The translations under genes were made by a program, and so were the position numbers. From Chara braunii (Eukaryota > Plantae > Charophyceae), in assembly GCA_003427395.1 (NCBI GenBank), contig BFEA01000031.1, positions 2,745,770 to 2,809,769 on the forward strand: a DNA stretch of 64,000 nucleotides, written 5' to 3'. Shown here piece after piece: positions 24,590-37,592 of this stretch. The number at the start of each line of letters is the position of its first letter. Within the stretch, counting starts at the first letter, position 1. Under the pieces are notes generated by a model that was not told where the DNA came from, searched no databases, and saw nothing but the letters and a program-made list of their open reading frames with translations.

Positions 24590-25640
24590 ATGTATACGAA
24601 TCTAAGATACCAGCAGGGCCGCCCGGGCAACCTTGTTTGCCCGGTCGGGCCGCCGTGCAAGCTGAAGTACGTCGCAGCCAAAACAACAACAACAAAAAAA
24701 AATCAAAAAAATCTGAAAAAAAACAATGTAATGCAAAAAAATATAGTGAACAACTCTTGCCTCAGGGGCCTCGACCCACTAGCCAAGTGTTACGCTTGGA
24801 GGCAGGGCTTTCGATCACCGTGTGGCCCGGGGTGACGCAAAACAGCCGCCGATTGCCCTCCACATCAACTGTGATGATGTTTACGAGTAGGGCGAGTGGT
24901 TTTTCCCGGTTGACGGCCAGTAGGAAGTTTTTTTTTTTTTTTTTTTTTTTTGGTGTTTTTGTTGGCCACTTTCCGTTGGCGCGAAGCTTCAATAACAATA
25001 ATTTTTTACCCATGGGGTGATATCCAAGCTTCGCGGCAACGGATTTTCGCTTGGAAAATCTGCAAAAAATTACGAATGGAAGTAATAACGACGTCGTTTT
25101 TGTGCAGTGCCCACATTTAAGGGCGAGAAATGTGGTGTCAGTGCATTCCTTTCAATCGGATGCACCAAACCTAATACGAGTCTACATTCCGAAAACATGG
25201 TTGTACGTTGCCTACAAAAGTGTCTAGGTGCCGAAACAGACATGAGTACCTCTTGGCCAACCCACGTCCGTACTTTCCCTATCATCACAAGGGCGGGCGC
25301 ACATGCCCGCAGTGTATTGGAATGAAACAGATACCGTGTAATAATGTCGGATGTCAGTCATTACTGTGGGCTCCTTATCAACGGGGGAAAATAAAATGCA
25401 GGAAAAAAGTTATTTCCTATTTCTTAAACACATTTCGCATGCCACACACCGTTTTACGCTTGGCTAGTGGGTCGAGGCCCCAGGGTCACATCGATATTCG
25501 TTACGAAATCAACAATAAAAAATAAAGTTGAAAAATATATTTTTTAGTATTTTTAATTTTGTTTTTCCCCTTTAGCCTGGCCGGGTTGGTATCCTAGATA
25601 CCAATATGTGAACGTCATAATACGTGTATATATACGTGTA
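24590..25640. mobile_element. MITE-like element with imperfect long inverted repeats, embedded in TA-rich microsatellite
   Basis: GGGGCCTCGACCCACTAGCCAAG (about 24765-24787) is inverted at about 25459-25481. ATCTAAGATACCA (24600) versus TGGTATCCTAGAT (25587). Confidence 0.65.
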
Positions 25641-25688
25641 TATATATATATATGTATGTATATGCATGTATTCACAAATGAACATTAT

Positions 25689-25722
<34 letters not shown>

Positions 25723-25949
25723 GATATTCTTCTCTCAACTTTTTTTTCCCCTTTCACTACCTACTCCTAAGGCTATCTAGAGGGGACCCCCGCAAGCATA
25801 GTTTCCTCTCACTGTGAAGGGGAGTTTTCATGTTGCCCATTATGTTGTAGAGCAAGATAAAAGTATATCGAATATATAAATTATGCATTATAATAAATAT
25901 ATTCATTAGATATATACAATGTATTATATATTTATATCCATTATTATAA

Positions 25950-26310
25950 ATACTATATTATATTATGTACAATGTTACCAGAGTGGCCCCGGAGCACTTG
26001 CTCGGCTGGGCGAAAACAGAATAATAAAATAATAAAAAAAAGGTGAAATGTATTCTTTATTTCATATTTTACAAATAAATAGGGTGCGACCCTTACAACT
26101 GTGGCACCCTTGTGAGGGGCACTGGGCCTGTGTACCAGCATTTACTACATTTTGGAGTAAAACAGAAGAAAAAAACAGTTCTCAGTTTTCGAAATTGTAG
26201 GGTTGTTATTTTTCCCTCCACCCACCTTGGTCTTTGGCCGGCCGGGGTGCCCGGGGGAACGAGGTGACCCGTGCGGCCCGGTTCATAACGGTTGGCCAAA
26301 CTCCTCTGTG
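25950..26310. mobile_element. Related MITE-like fragment next to TA/TG/CT microsatellites
   Basis: The reverse complement of 26250-26280 (GGGCCGCACGGGTCACCTCGTT) resembles 24616-24637 (GGGCCGCCCGGGCAACCTTGTT). Confidence 0.45.
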
Positions 26311-26358
26311 TATATGTGTGTGTGTGTGTGTAATGTGTGTGTGAAAGTGTGTGTGTGT

Positions 26359-26432
<74 letters not shown>

Positions 26433-26746
26433 NATATATATATATATATTTATATATTTATATATATATATTTATACATAAATATATATATATATATATC
26501 GTCACAAACTAAACTGACCGGTAATATATTTATATATATAATAATATATATTTATATATATATATATATATATTTTTTTTTTTTTAAAAAGGGGAGGGGG
26601 GTAGTGAATGGTTTTAGGAAGAAGGGACCAGACTCGCTTTTAAGTAACTTGTTGGGTTACCGGATCACTACAATCTTCTCAGAAGTGTAGCAGAACTGGG
26701 ACTCATTCGGAGAATTATGGATTGTGTGTCTTCCGTTGCCTGTGCA

Positions 26747-27796
26747 GATGGTTTCTGCGCCACCAGCTCCGCCAGTAGCCAATTCAGTAGCCCGTTGCAG
26801 CGTGGCAGGAGTCATCAAGAGACTTAGATTGCCAAACTTTGGGGATTCCAAACCAAACCTCTTTCACCACAAATTCGCAAAGTTCTTGGTCTTGGACACG
26901 AAGGAAGCATCACTCGCAGACCCGGGCTCGGCAAATCTCCTTAGATTTGTAAACTGGGAGGCTGTCAACTACTATGCTGCTATAGGAGGCTACAACAACT
27001 CACTATCTGTGGACAAAATGGTCCTACACCTGCAACAGCAGGCCATCGGAAAGGTTAAGAGGGTCGGAGAAGAAGAAACCACAGCCTTCTGACTAGTAGA
27101 TTTAGATGTCTGGGCCTCTGTCCTAAGCAACTGGTATTGGGCGTTGACTCTCACCAACTACTCGACGGATACCACTACTGGCAGAGGCCTGGATCAATTG
27201 CACGCAGACAACTTGTTCAATGCCTTAGCCAGGGACAACCAGTACTCTAATGCCTTAAAACCCCTTAGACAAGCTGCTTTTCTGACCCTGGGTTTCGCAC
27301 TAGCCAAACTCCCTTGCCCATCAAACAGACCCCTTGTCAGACCACTGCTTTGAAACAACCCATCTGCACGTTTGGTTTAACACGGGACCAGCCCAATTGA
27401 TGGCTTCCATCATTGAGGATTGTAGCTTTGTCCTCCCTGCAGACCCGGAGAGTGAAGAATCAAAAGAACAGGAAAACTAGAGTCTTCTGCGAACCCGAAG
27501 GATGAGAATTGGAAACTTTTACTTTGAATAGCACTCAGGAACCGGTTGTATCAGGTCATCTTTAAGCATCAGTTTCCATTACAAGGAGTTAACTACGACT
27601 TTCATTTGGTGTCCTAGAACTACTTATTTCTTTTCGCAACTGTTTTTTCTTTTTACTGCAAACTCAAAACTTTCTTGTCAACTCCTTTGCAGGCACAATT
27701 TCAAAATGTTTTGATCAGAGTCCTGTATGGTTCTTAAAGTATCATATTTGTGTGATACCTTACACCTCTCCAGGTTTTCTTGCCTCTATCTATGTC

Positions 27797-27828
<32 letters not shown>

Positions 27829-29111
27829 GAATAAGATGAAGAAAGGGGAATGGGTTAATAAGGCAAAAGGAGAGGGCAAAAAAAAAAAAAAAAAAAAAAA
27901 AAAGTGGGAAGGAAGCAAGAATTATGAAGGAATGTTTGACTAAAAGAAAAGAGACTCATTTGTTGTAGATTTGGTGGCCTCTCTCGAATCCTACAGTACC
28001 AGATATGAAACAATTAATCTTTGATACCCTCATTGCTCATGGTCCAAAGGCTATTATTGGTTGGCGCATCTTCATGCCATTCATGAACCCTTCCCCAGAG
28101 ATAGTTGAAGCACGAATCACGGAATGCCTCAATCCTCAGGAGAAGAATCCGCAGAGGTCGTGTTACTTAGCCAACCACAATGGCAAACTCTTCCCGGTTC
28201 ATCCTCATATCCTGAGAACTACGGACCCCTTTTTCATCCAGAATTCAATATCGGTTGCTCAGTCAGCGCCCCCTGCGCCTACTTCTAGTGGCAGGACTTC
28301 GGTAAGAACCTTCCCTGGTTCGGCTGTTTCGAATCCGGTTAGGAATCTGTTGTCTAGGGAAGAGGCTGACGAAAGAGAATTCAGGTTCATGGTCAATCAA
28401 GCGGAACTCTCTCGCGTAAGAGAGATTTTCTCGTCGACCATCAGGGAGGTTGGGAAGTGCAAAGCGGCCGAGAACGAGATTAAGGCAGTTCAGTTCATTT
28501 TTGACCAACCTCCTTGGTCAAGGCACTTAGATATCCTGATCCGTGTTCGGCAGATTGAGCTCAACTTCAGGCATGGTGAGAGGGGGAAGACACACGTAGC
28601 AACATTTAAGAATGCGCTAGCCAATCTCCCCAAGAAACTTTGCGACAAGAAGTTCCCTCTAGATGTCAAGCAGTTGCTTAAGGTGCAAGAATTAGAGACA
28701 TCCAGACTGGGTTTGGATGAAATCAATCAAGAATGGGATGAGCAAGAAGTCAAGGCAGCCTCATCAAGGGGAGGGTAAGTTTCCCTCCGGTTTATGCTAC
28801 CCTGTTAATCAAAGATAGCAGTCCTGTTTTAAAGAATTCAATTGCTGAGTTATCACCAGGCCTTTGGGGGCAGTCATGCACTCCCCACACCTTTTAGTGG
28901 TGGCTTGTCATCTACTTGGCTGACATGACCGAAACTTAGATACGCTTAACTGTTGTTTTCTTGCAGGTACTCACTCGGTCAAGATTCAGCCAAGTTCAAA
29001 TACAAGAGTCCTTCCAAGAGGTCTCACCACACGAGGAGCGATAGTGACTCCTCGGACGGCAAGAGGGAATGTAACCGCAAGGCGAAATCTCAGAAGCAAT
29101 CAAGGCACTGA
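26747..29111 (+). pseudogene. ORF1 (gag position) of the YR element, apparently multi-exon; product unknown
   Basis: Coding-like frame 26747-27350 with one internal stop. Open frame 27969-28774. GT-AG intron 28775-28966 whose removal adds 47 in-frame Ser/basic residues ending at TGA 29109-29111. Junctions between 27350 and 27968 are uncertain. Confidence 0.55.
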
Positions 29112-29189
29112 ATTACGCACCGTCAACCAGACAACTTTCACTGGCCTATCCAGCTTTAGAGAGCAAGGACAATTGACTAAAGAACCCAG

Positions 29190-30250
29190 ATGACTTTATT
29201 GCTGCTTCTCTTGTGAATCATCTGGATTCATGGAAAACTCTCCTGGCCTCTTCCTCTTCCAAGTCCTCCAGAGATGTTTTGAACTGGTTGGAGAACGATG
29301 TTAAACTCAAGTTTAATGGCACAAGTCATAATCATCCGTCTAAGATCCAGGAAGTTAGGAGGATGGTCAAACCGATACTCAGAGCTTCGGATTTTAGAAG
29401 GGCAATTAAACTAACTGAGCCAACCATGATCTCCTTACTTAACTATCAACTACCCCCTCTCTATGAGGACTTTGTGAATAACTCTATGACTTCCTTGTTG
29501 AGCCAGGGTGTTATCTCTGCTACAAACACTCCTGCAGTCACAAATCCTGTTTTTGTCATTGAAAGTTCCAGCAAACTCAGACTTATCATCGACCTTAGAT
29601 ATGTGAACCTTTTCATTACTTTTCCTGATTTTCACTACGAAACCATTAATGATGTTGTGTCAGTTATGGATGGTTCAGTTGTCCAAGACTTTGCAGTAAC
29701 TTTCGATGTGAAGAATGGCTACTACCACATTCCTGTCCACCCTAAATCCCGCCCTTTCTTGGCTTTCTCTTGGAATGAAAAAACTTACCATTTCAATACT
29801 TTATGCTTTGGAATATCCTCGGCCTGTTGGATTTTCACAAAGGTCATGCAAGAAGTAATGGTCGTAATCAGAGCAAAGGGTGTCAACATCTTCTGATACA
29901 TTAACGATAGTCTGACCACCCACAAGGAGTTTCCTCTGTGCCTATGGAACTCTTTTCTAATCACGTTTATTTATCACAAACTCGGTTTCTTCCTCAGCCC
30001 AAACAAATGCAGGGTTATTTCTTCTCAATTCAACAGGTTTTTGGGTTTTATTATTGATTCCCACCACAAACGAATTCGGGTACCACAGGACAAGGAAGGA
30101 AAAATCATGGAACTGCTCAAAGAGTCATCAGTTAGAACACACCTAACTACCAGGAACATTGCCTCACTAGCTCAAAAATTAGTCTCACTATCCAAAGTTT
30201 TCCTCCCTGCATCGCTTCACTGTTCTCATTTGCACTCTGCTTTATAAGAT
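29190..30250 (+). pseudogene. Reverse transcriptase, DIRS-type, inactivated
   Basis: NPVFVI, KLRLIIDLRYVN, FDVKNGYYHIPVH, LCFGISSACWIFTKV. Stop at 29894-29896 directly before YIND (degenerate YxDD). Downstream FLGFIIDS. Confidence 0.92.
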
Positions 30251-30268
30251 TGTGACTGGAATGCCAAG

Positions 30269-30735
30269 ATGGAACTTTCAGAACAGTTCAAGGAAGACCT
30301 ACATTGGTGGCTCGATCACCTCCCGAGAATCCCTGATAGACTGTGGACGGTTAGATCACCAACTGTCACCATGCCGACGGATGCTTCAGACTCAGCGGTT
30401 GGAGCCATCATTTCTTTTCAATCTAGAGAATCTTGGAAGATAAGTTTTCCCCTCCCCGCAGATTTATTAGAGACATCTAGCACTCATCGAGAACTTTTCG
30501 TCGTGACAACCGCCCTGTCACTCCTTGCTGAAAGGGCACCGGAAGAACTGCACTCTCGGGCCTTAAGTGTAGTAGGAGACAACCAAGCAGTTTATTTTCT
30601 GCTTATGAAACTAAGCTCATCAGATGTGCTCTTTAACTCTTTCCTCAGGAAGATAACTTCTTTTCTTCTGACCCTAGATTGCCAGCCCTAACCAACATGG
30701 ATCCCTAGGGAACTGAACACATCTGCGGACGAGCT
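30269..30735 (+). pseudogene. RNase H domain, DIRS-type
   Basis: DLHWWL, TDASDSAVGA, SSTHRELF, GDNQAV, then a stop followed by WIPRELNTSADELS. Confidence 0.9.
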
Positions 30736-30749
30736 CTCTAAGAAGATCG

Positions 30750-31195
30750 ATCATTCGGACTGGGGACTCAACAAAAGTATTGCAAGAATGCTCATCTTTA
30801 AATTCGGAGAACCAGCAATAGATCTCTTCGCCTCTAAAGAAAACTTCATCTGTATTCCTTTTGTATCAGAATTTCTTTCTCCAAACTGTCTAGCAACAAC
30901 TGCTCTTTCTTTAGATTGGGACGCTATACCATCTACTCCCTATAGGTGGGTCTTCCCGCCTACTTGTCTGCTGCACAAGGTCTTGGCAAAGATTAAGTTC
31001 TTTGACGGACATTACCTTCTCATTACACCCAGTTCGTCTAGAGCCAACTGGTTCCCTGCATTGAAACCTCTCCCAGCAACCTTCGTTCTCAACCTAGAAA
31101 AAGATTTTGGAACTTGCTTCCCTACTTCAAGGATTCTCATGCATTCCTTCAACCCTGGTAAGACCGGTCTTAAGGTTAGCAGAATCTCCATTTAG
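30750..31195 (+). pseudogene. DNA N6-adenine methyltransferase-like domain
   Basis: IDLFASKEN, ALSLDW, WVFPP, LLITP and WFP motifs directly after RNase H, as in DIRS elements. Confidence 0.8.
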
Positions 31196-31198
31196 ATC

Positions 31199-32272
31199 CT
31201 AGTTGCACCTGTAACCATAGCGCATGAATGAAGAAAAATGTTTCCAGGTACCTTGACCCAGCATCCTCCCCAAACTCCAACCAGCCTGTATCCCAGCTCG
31301 AACTCCTCCCACTCGGAAATCATGACTGCTATCACCAGCGTATATACCAATAGCTTTTAACCTCTCCTTCAGGCGCTTGTTGAATCCACTGAGACTCAGC
31401 GTACCTTTTGTCTACGTACTCCGAAACAAGGGCCCCCCATCACGCAAATCTATAGGCGGATCTAACCGACTATAACACTCGCGCATCTCTTCAACTACCT
31501 CCAAGAAGGAGGTCCCAAAACCCTGTGCCTCTTGAAGTCGGATCACTGCACTCCTCCCTTTCCTCAAGGTCTTAGTGTAACCTGGTTGCACTTGTGATGC
31601 TTCTGCATCCAACTCACTCCCACACAATCGCAGACCCTCGCCTCCTCGCTGCCAACTCTCCCATAAGTAAGTCATTATGCAGAGATCACGAAGGAGTTCA
31701 ACTCGCCTGTAACCACTCTTACTCCTCAAACTCTTGCGTATGCTGTCATAAAGTTTCTGCATTTTTTCGGCTATCATTGCTGGCGCTTGATTCTCTTTCA
31801 CGCCCATTTTTAATGCATAATTTCGGTACGCTCGACGACAATCCCTCACCTTGCTACTATTGCATGGATTCTCTAACCCCTCCCACCCCAATATGAGGAA
31901 GCATCTGTTCAAGCAGCTTAAACTAGATTCAGCTGATCTACAAGAGGGGAAGGGTTGTCCATTATGATCATAAGTCCGACAACGCAACTTCAACTCAGGT
32001 ATCCACTGACCATGAAAAAAGGCAATCACGTCAAAATCCAAGCAATTGCTAGCATCCCTCCCAACCTTGTTTCTAACCAACCATTCACTCAATGATTGCA
32101 TCATCATTTTTCTTTCTCGCTCTCCATTTTTCGGTAAACCATGCTGAGCAATTAACTCTATGAAATCAATCAATCCCTCAACATAAGTGCCTTCAACTCC
32201 TTTTGTCTTCTGCGCTTCGTCTTCCTCTTGACTTCCATTGAGCAACCTACTCAGCCACCGTTTCCTGCACAC
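31199..32272 (-). pseudogene. Tyrosine recombinase
   Basis: WQRGGE (first Arg). Reading through one stop at 31412-31414 gives GDSSHDFRVGG (HxxR), GTW and FMRY (catalytic Tyr), ending at TAG 31199-31201. Confidence 0.9.
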
Positions 32273-33738
32273 AGATCGGATGTAATCAGATCAGGTGTAT
32301 GTAGGTGGGGAACTTGGGCTTGGGTTAGGAGATGCATGGGGGTACCCCCAGGACTTCTCCATTTTCTATGAAGATTGTCAGTGTTTGTTTTGTCGATCTA
32401 TTGCCAATCTGCTTTGAACTCAATACAAATACTTGTCAGAATGTTGTTTATATCNNNNNNNNNNNNNNNNNNNNNNNNNNNNNNNNNNNNNNNNNNNNNN
32501 NNNNNNNNNNNNNNNNNNNNNNNNNNNNNNNNNNNNNNNNNNNNNNNNNNNNNNNNNNNNNNNNNNNNNNNNNNNNNNNNNNNNNNNNNNNNNNNNNNNN
32601 NNNNNNNNNNNNNNNNNNNNNNNNNNNNNNNNNNNNNNNNNNNNNNNNNNNNNNNNNNNNNNNNNNNNNNNNNNNNNNNNNNNNNNNNNNNNNNNNNNNN
32701 NNNNNNNNNNNNNNNNNNNNNNNNNNNNNNNNNNNNNNNNNNNNNNNNNNNNNNNNNNNNNNNNNNNNNNNNNNNNNNNNNNNNNNNNNNNNNNNNNNNN
32801 NNNNNNNNNNNNNNNNNNNNNNNNNNNNNNNNNNNNNNNNNNNNNNNNNNNNNNNNNNNNNNNNNNNNNNNNNNNNNNNNNNNNNNNNNNNNNNNNNNNN
32901 NNNNNNNNNNNNNNNNNNNNNNNNNNNNNNNNNNNNNNNNNNNNNNNNNNNNNNNNNNNNNNNNNNNNNNNNNNNNNNNNNNNNNNNNNNNNNNNNNNNN
33001 NNNNNNNNNNNNNNNNNNNNNNNNNNNNNNNNNNNNNNNNNNNNNNNNNNNNNNNNNNNNNNNNNNNNNNNNNNNNNNNNNNNNNNNNNNNNNNNNNNNN
33101 NNNNNNNNNNNNNNNNNNNNNNNNNNNNNNNNNNNNNNNNNNNNNNNNNNNNNNNNNNNNNNNNNNNNNNNNNNNNNNNNNNNNNNNNNNNNNNNNNNNN
33201 NNNNNNNNNNNNNNNNNNNNNNNNNNNNNNNNNNNNNNNNNNNNNNNNNNNNNNNNNNNNNNNNGTTTTGTCGATCTATTGCCAATCTGCTTTGAACTCA
33301 ATACAAATACTTGTCAGAATGTTGTTTATATCTTGCAACCATTTTTGTCAGTTTGCAGTNTATGATGACTCTTACAACCCCTCTCATTTACCCCTTTATC
33401 CTCTGACGTAAAACAGGCCGCTTGAACACACACACCACACTCGAAATGTGCAAAATGAGAATGAACTTCCCCCTAGAACATGACAAGATTCACCAGCCAC
33501 ATTTTTGTCTTTTTCTTTTTGCTTTTCTTTTTGTTTTTTTGTCTTTTTCACACTTCGAGAGTGGTGTGGCGAGGCCTTCTGAAAAAGAAACAAAAAGGGG
33601 AATGCTGATCTCTCCACTCTGGGGGTGGATTGGAAAGTCTCGACACACCGACCTTTGCAGCTGCTACCCCCATCCTGCAGCAGGCAGTTCGTGGGGGGAC
33701 TCGAGCTCCCGTATGCTTGTGAACACTTGAGGCCTGAC

Positions 33739-35191
33739 CAGAGGTGGCAACTAGGTAGTAACCGTTGCCCGTACCCGACCGTACCCAACTGTAACTGGCA
33801 GGTTATGGGCAGGTATGGGTACCATTCCGGAGAGGGGCATCGGTATAGGCAGGTATAAATTTGATTTGTGGATTTCAGGGCAGGCACGGTTGCACTGCAT
33901 GGAGATCACGGGCAGGCATGGGCGGGTCCTGGCGGTGAAAAGGGAAAAACCAGAGGTATGGGCAGCCAAGAAAAACAAAAGCATGGGTAGAGACGTTATA
34001 GGGTGGTGAAAAAAAGAATCAGATGGGTATGGGTGGGCAAGCAATTCTGTTGGGTAACCGTACGTAATATCCACCTTCCCCCCCCTTCCCCCCCGTTCCC
34101 TTCTTCTCAGGAAATATGCAGACGGACAAGGCTGTTTTTTTCTTAGGCACAATTTTTTTTCCTGGCGTGAACGACGAGAAAAATATTTCAAGAAATAGCC
34201 TTAAAACTTCGAGATTGACCACTTTCGAAATTGGAAGGCTCCAGCCTCACCTCAGGGAGTTTCCCCTTGGAAATTGGCCGCCCGTCATGGTTGTACACCC
34301 CGCCCTTCTGTGTGCTTGCCACTGCACGGACATCGTCCGACCATCGTGGTTGTACCCATTGCCGTTCTGTGTGTGATGCATGGCCNNNNNNNNNNNNNNN
34401 NNNNNNNNNNNNNNNNNNNNNNNNNNNNNNNNNNNNNNNNNNNNNNNNNNNNNNNNNNNNNNNNNNNNNNNNNNNNNNNNNNNNNNNNNNNNNNNNNNNN
34501 NNNNNNNNNNNNNNNNNNNNNNNNNNNNNNNNNNNNNNNNNNNNNNNNNNNNNNNNNNNNNNNNNNNNNNNNNNNNNNNNNNNNNNNNNNNNNNNNNNNN
34601 NNNNNNNNNNNNNNNNNNNNNNNNNNNNNNNNNNNNNNNNNNNNNNNNNNNNNNNNNNNNNNNNNNNNNNNNNNNNNNNNNNNNNNNNNNNNNNNNNNNN
34701 NNNNNNNNNNNNNNNNNNNNNNNNNNNNNNNNNNNNNNNNNNNNNNNNNNNNNNNNNNNNNNNNNNNNNNNNNNNNNNNNNNNNNNNNNNGAGCAGTTAG
34801 GGCCAGTTGGGGACAATTTGGGGTGGTTAGGGGAGGGTGGGTCACAAATGTGGATGGTTATGGGTGGGTGCATACAATTGTGGGTGGGGACGGGTGCGTA
34901 GGGGTGAAAACAAAAATTGGTTGGGTACGGTACAGGTGGTTAACAGAAGGTCTGGGTGTAGGTGGCCATGGGTAGTTTTGAAATAGAAAGTCTAAGGGCA
35001 GTTATGGGCAGTTACAGTCTGAAGGGGTTCAGGTAGGGCAGGTACAAGTACACTTTTTTTTTTTTTGAGCAGATAAGGATGGGTAAAGGTCTGGTAGGCC
35101 ATCTATACAGTGGGTATGGGTGGTTAGTTTTCAAGGAGGGTATGGGTAGGTAAGGTACAGGTATTCCAAAAAATCCCAGTTGCCACCTCTG
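33739..35191. mobile_element. Non-autonomous hAT-like element
   Basis: TIR CAGAGGTGGCAACT / AGTTGCCACCTCTG. 8-bp TSD GGCCTGAC (33731-33738) / GGCATGAC (35192-35199). GGGTA/GGGCA subterminal repeats. Confidence 0.85.
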
Positions 35192-37444
35192 GGCATGACC
35201 ACATCATTGTCGAAAGCCTGGAATTTTCAGCAGCAAAAAAAAAGAAGAAAAAAAAAAGGTTTTAGCAACTGTCAGAAGAAACTTGACAGCCACCCTTTAG
35301 ACAGTTTAACCCCCATTCGCCATGCAGCACTGTTGAGGGCCTGGTTGCACTACTCTCCATACGCCAAGTTTGGCGAGTAGGCGCCTGGTTGCACTTACTT
35401 GCCAAAGTTGGAGAATTTCCTTGGGTAGTAATAAACCCTTCAGCTTCTAAAAAAAAAAAAAAAAAGGTCAGACTGCTCGCCACACCGTAGACACAGGGCC
35501 TCGCTGCACTACTCACGAAATGTGTTTTTTCATGAGCACCGCACCGCTGCACTTAGGGCCTTGTCGGATGGCACAACTAACGAAACCAAACGAGCACCAA
35601 ACTCGCGAGGCCTCGCGAAGCCCGGATCCACCATTTTGCTTCGTTTTTCGCCTCACCGCTCCACAGCACACACGAAAACTCTCGTGAGAACGCCCTGGCG
35701 AGAGTCGTGTGGGATTCGTTTCACTACGGTCTAAATTGTTGGACGCTACGATTTAATTTAGATTCCAAATTTTTGGATGAACCTCGGTTGGAGCGACGTG
35801 GCACACTCGTCAGATTTTGCAGCTCCCCCAGCCGACCAGCAGAGGACCTACGAGTTCGCGAGTGCTACAGGCAGGGAGGACTAGCGCAAGTTGATTACCT
35901 CGCGAACTTGGAGTCTGACAACATTCACGACTTCTCTTCTGACAAAGGTTGTGTGGGTGCTGTGCGGCGACTTGTTCGAGGAACGAAGTCGTTTTTTTTT
36001 TTTCGTTTCGTGCACCGTGCGACGATTCCCTTACTCGTCAACAATGCCGTAGTTTCACGCGTCAAGAGCTGTTAGATGCAACTCTTGCAAACTTCAACGA
36101 GTTGTCGTCGCTGCACTACTCTTGCCTCGTCACTCTTGAAAACGCCTTTCATGAGTTGTCAGGGCGCCGTCAGGCAAAGTCGACTAGAGCGCTCTTGTTC
36201 ACCTGCATGCAACTTCAGGTTTTGCAAGGGAGGTCGGACGGTTTCTTGTAAGGCTGTCGGATTTCAAGAGTGAGTCGGGTCTGGATGGACAAGGCATGTT
36301 GTGGCTGTCGTGTAGTGCTTCTAGAGCACTGGTGAACTGCAACTGTTCACACTACCGTGCGTGGTCCCACTGTGGTGGGATTGCACCGCATGAACGAGCA
36401 TGTACAATTCCATATTTTCAGTTAAAGGGGTGGGGGGACTGGCTGCCGAGTGTGCCCAGTGGCGGAGGGGCGGAAGGTGGCTGATGAACGGGCCTGTAGA
36501 AATCCCATTTTTCGGACCGGGGGGGAGGGGTAGAGGGACTGGCTGCGAGGAAGCGCCATCCTCCACAGTGCGTGTCGTTTTGTGGATGGGAAAATCCTGG
36601 TACTATCGAGTCCCATAACTGCCTAGAGTTCTGCTGTCGCTGCACTGTACTCTAGGAGAACTGTCAGCGCCTCAAGAGTGACTCATGAGGAGGACGATCT
36701 ATAGTAAGTGCAACGACGACCGAACTCTAGGCCGTTTCGGGACTCTGACAACTCTAGACGCACTCTTGATTTTTTTAACGAGTCATGAGTAATGCAGCGA
36801 GGCCCACAAGTTGTGGCGAGTGTTTTCGGTTTCCCCGCCTGTGCACGGTGGTTTGTGGAGGCACTGGAGGGTGAGCCTCGGACCTCTCCACAAAACAACT
36901 TTTTGGAGAGTGCACGGCTTCAGGAGTGGAGATCAGGCAGACATAAAAAATTAACTATTTTGTAGAAGAAATATAGTGGCGAGTAAGTGCAACCCTCCCT
37001 CCACTTCGACACGATTCTCATCTTTTTCACTCTTCACCCATCCGCCACGAAATGTGGCGGATGGCGAGTAGTGCAACTAGGCCCTGAGCCAACTCGTGAA
37101 TGGAAGTCCAGAAAGGGGACGGGTACACCCTGAGAATAGAACAAACATTTGTCTGTCCCAACCTCAGGCCCACTCACGAAATTTGAAGGTGGAGACTGTT
37201 GAAAATGGGCCTTGTACCGATGGGCCCAGCTTAGTTGGTACACCCTTGAACTGTTGAAATACAAACCTGAGTTCCAGCTCCACTGGAAGCAGATGAGTAA
37301 AATATAACACATTGTCACAAAAACAAACAAACAAACAAACAATTACGCTTGTGAATTACCTACGGCTGGTCAATCCGATGATGATAGGTTTTGCTCCAGT
37401 ACTCGAGACTCGAGAAAAAATTTGGAAGTTTATCGAGAGCTGTT

Positions 37445-37592
37445 AGAGAGGAAATGCTCATGAAATTCCCGCCTTCGCTCCACTTACTCTAGAAGAGAGG
37501 AAACACTCATGAAATTCCCCCCTTCGCTCCACTTACTCTACAAGAGAGGAAACACTTATGAAATTCCCGCTTTCGCTCCACTTACTCTAGAA
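37445..37592. repeat. 49-bp tandem repeat x3
   Basis: GAAATTCCC at 37462, 37511 and 37560 with a conserved TTCGCTCCACTTACTCTA. Confidence 0.9.

Larger units (their letters stand above)
26640..32340 (+). mobile_element. Decayed tyrosine-recombinase (DIRS-order) retrotransposon: ORF1, RT, RNase H, methyltransferase on +; recombinase on -
   Basis: Domain motifs are listed in the sub-features. Termini are not resolved, so boundaries are approximate. Confidence 0.85.

Noticed and set aside
35335-35400. U2 loop IV-like GTTGCACTAC
   Set aside because: Only about 10 nt; no other U2 elements.
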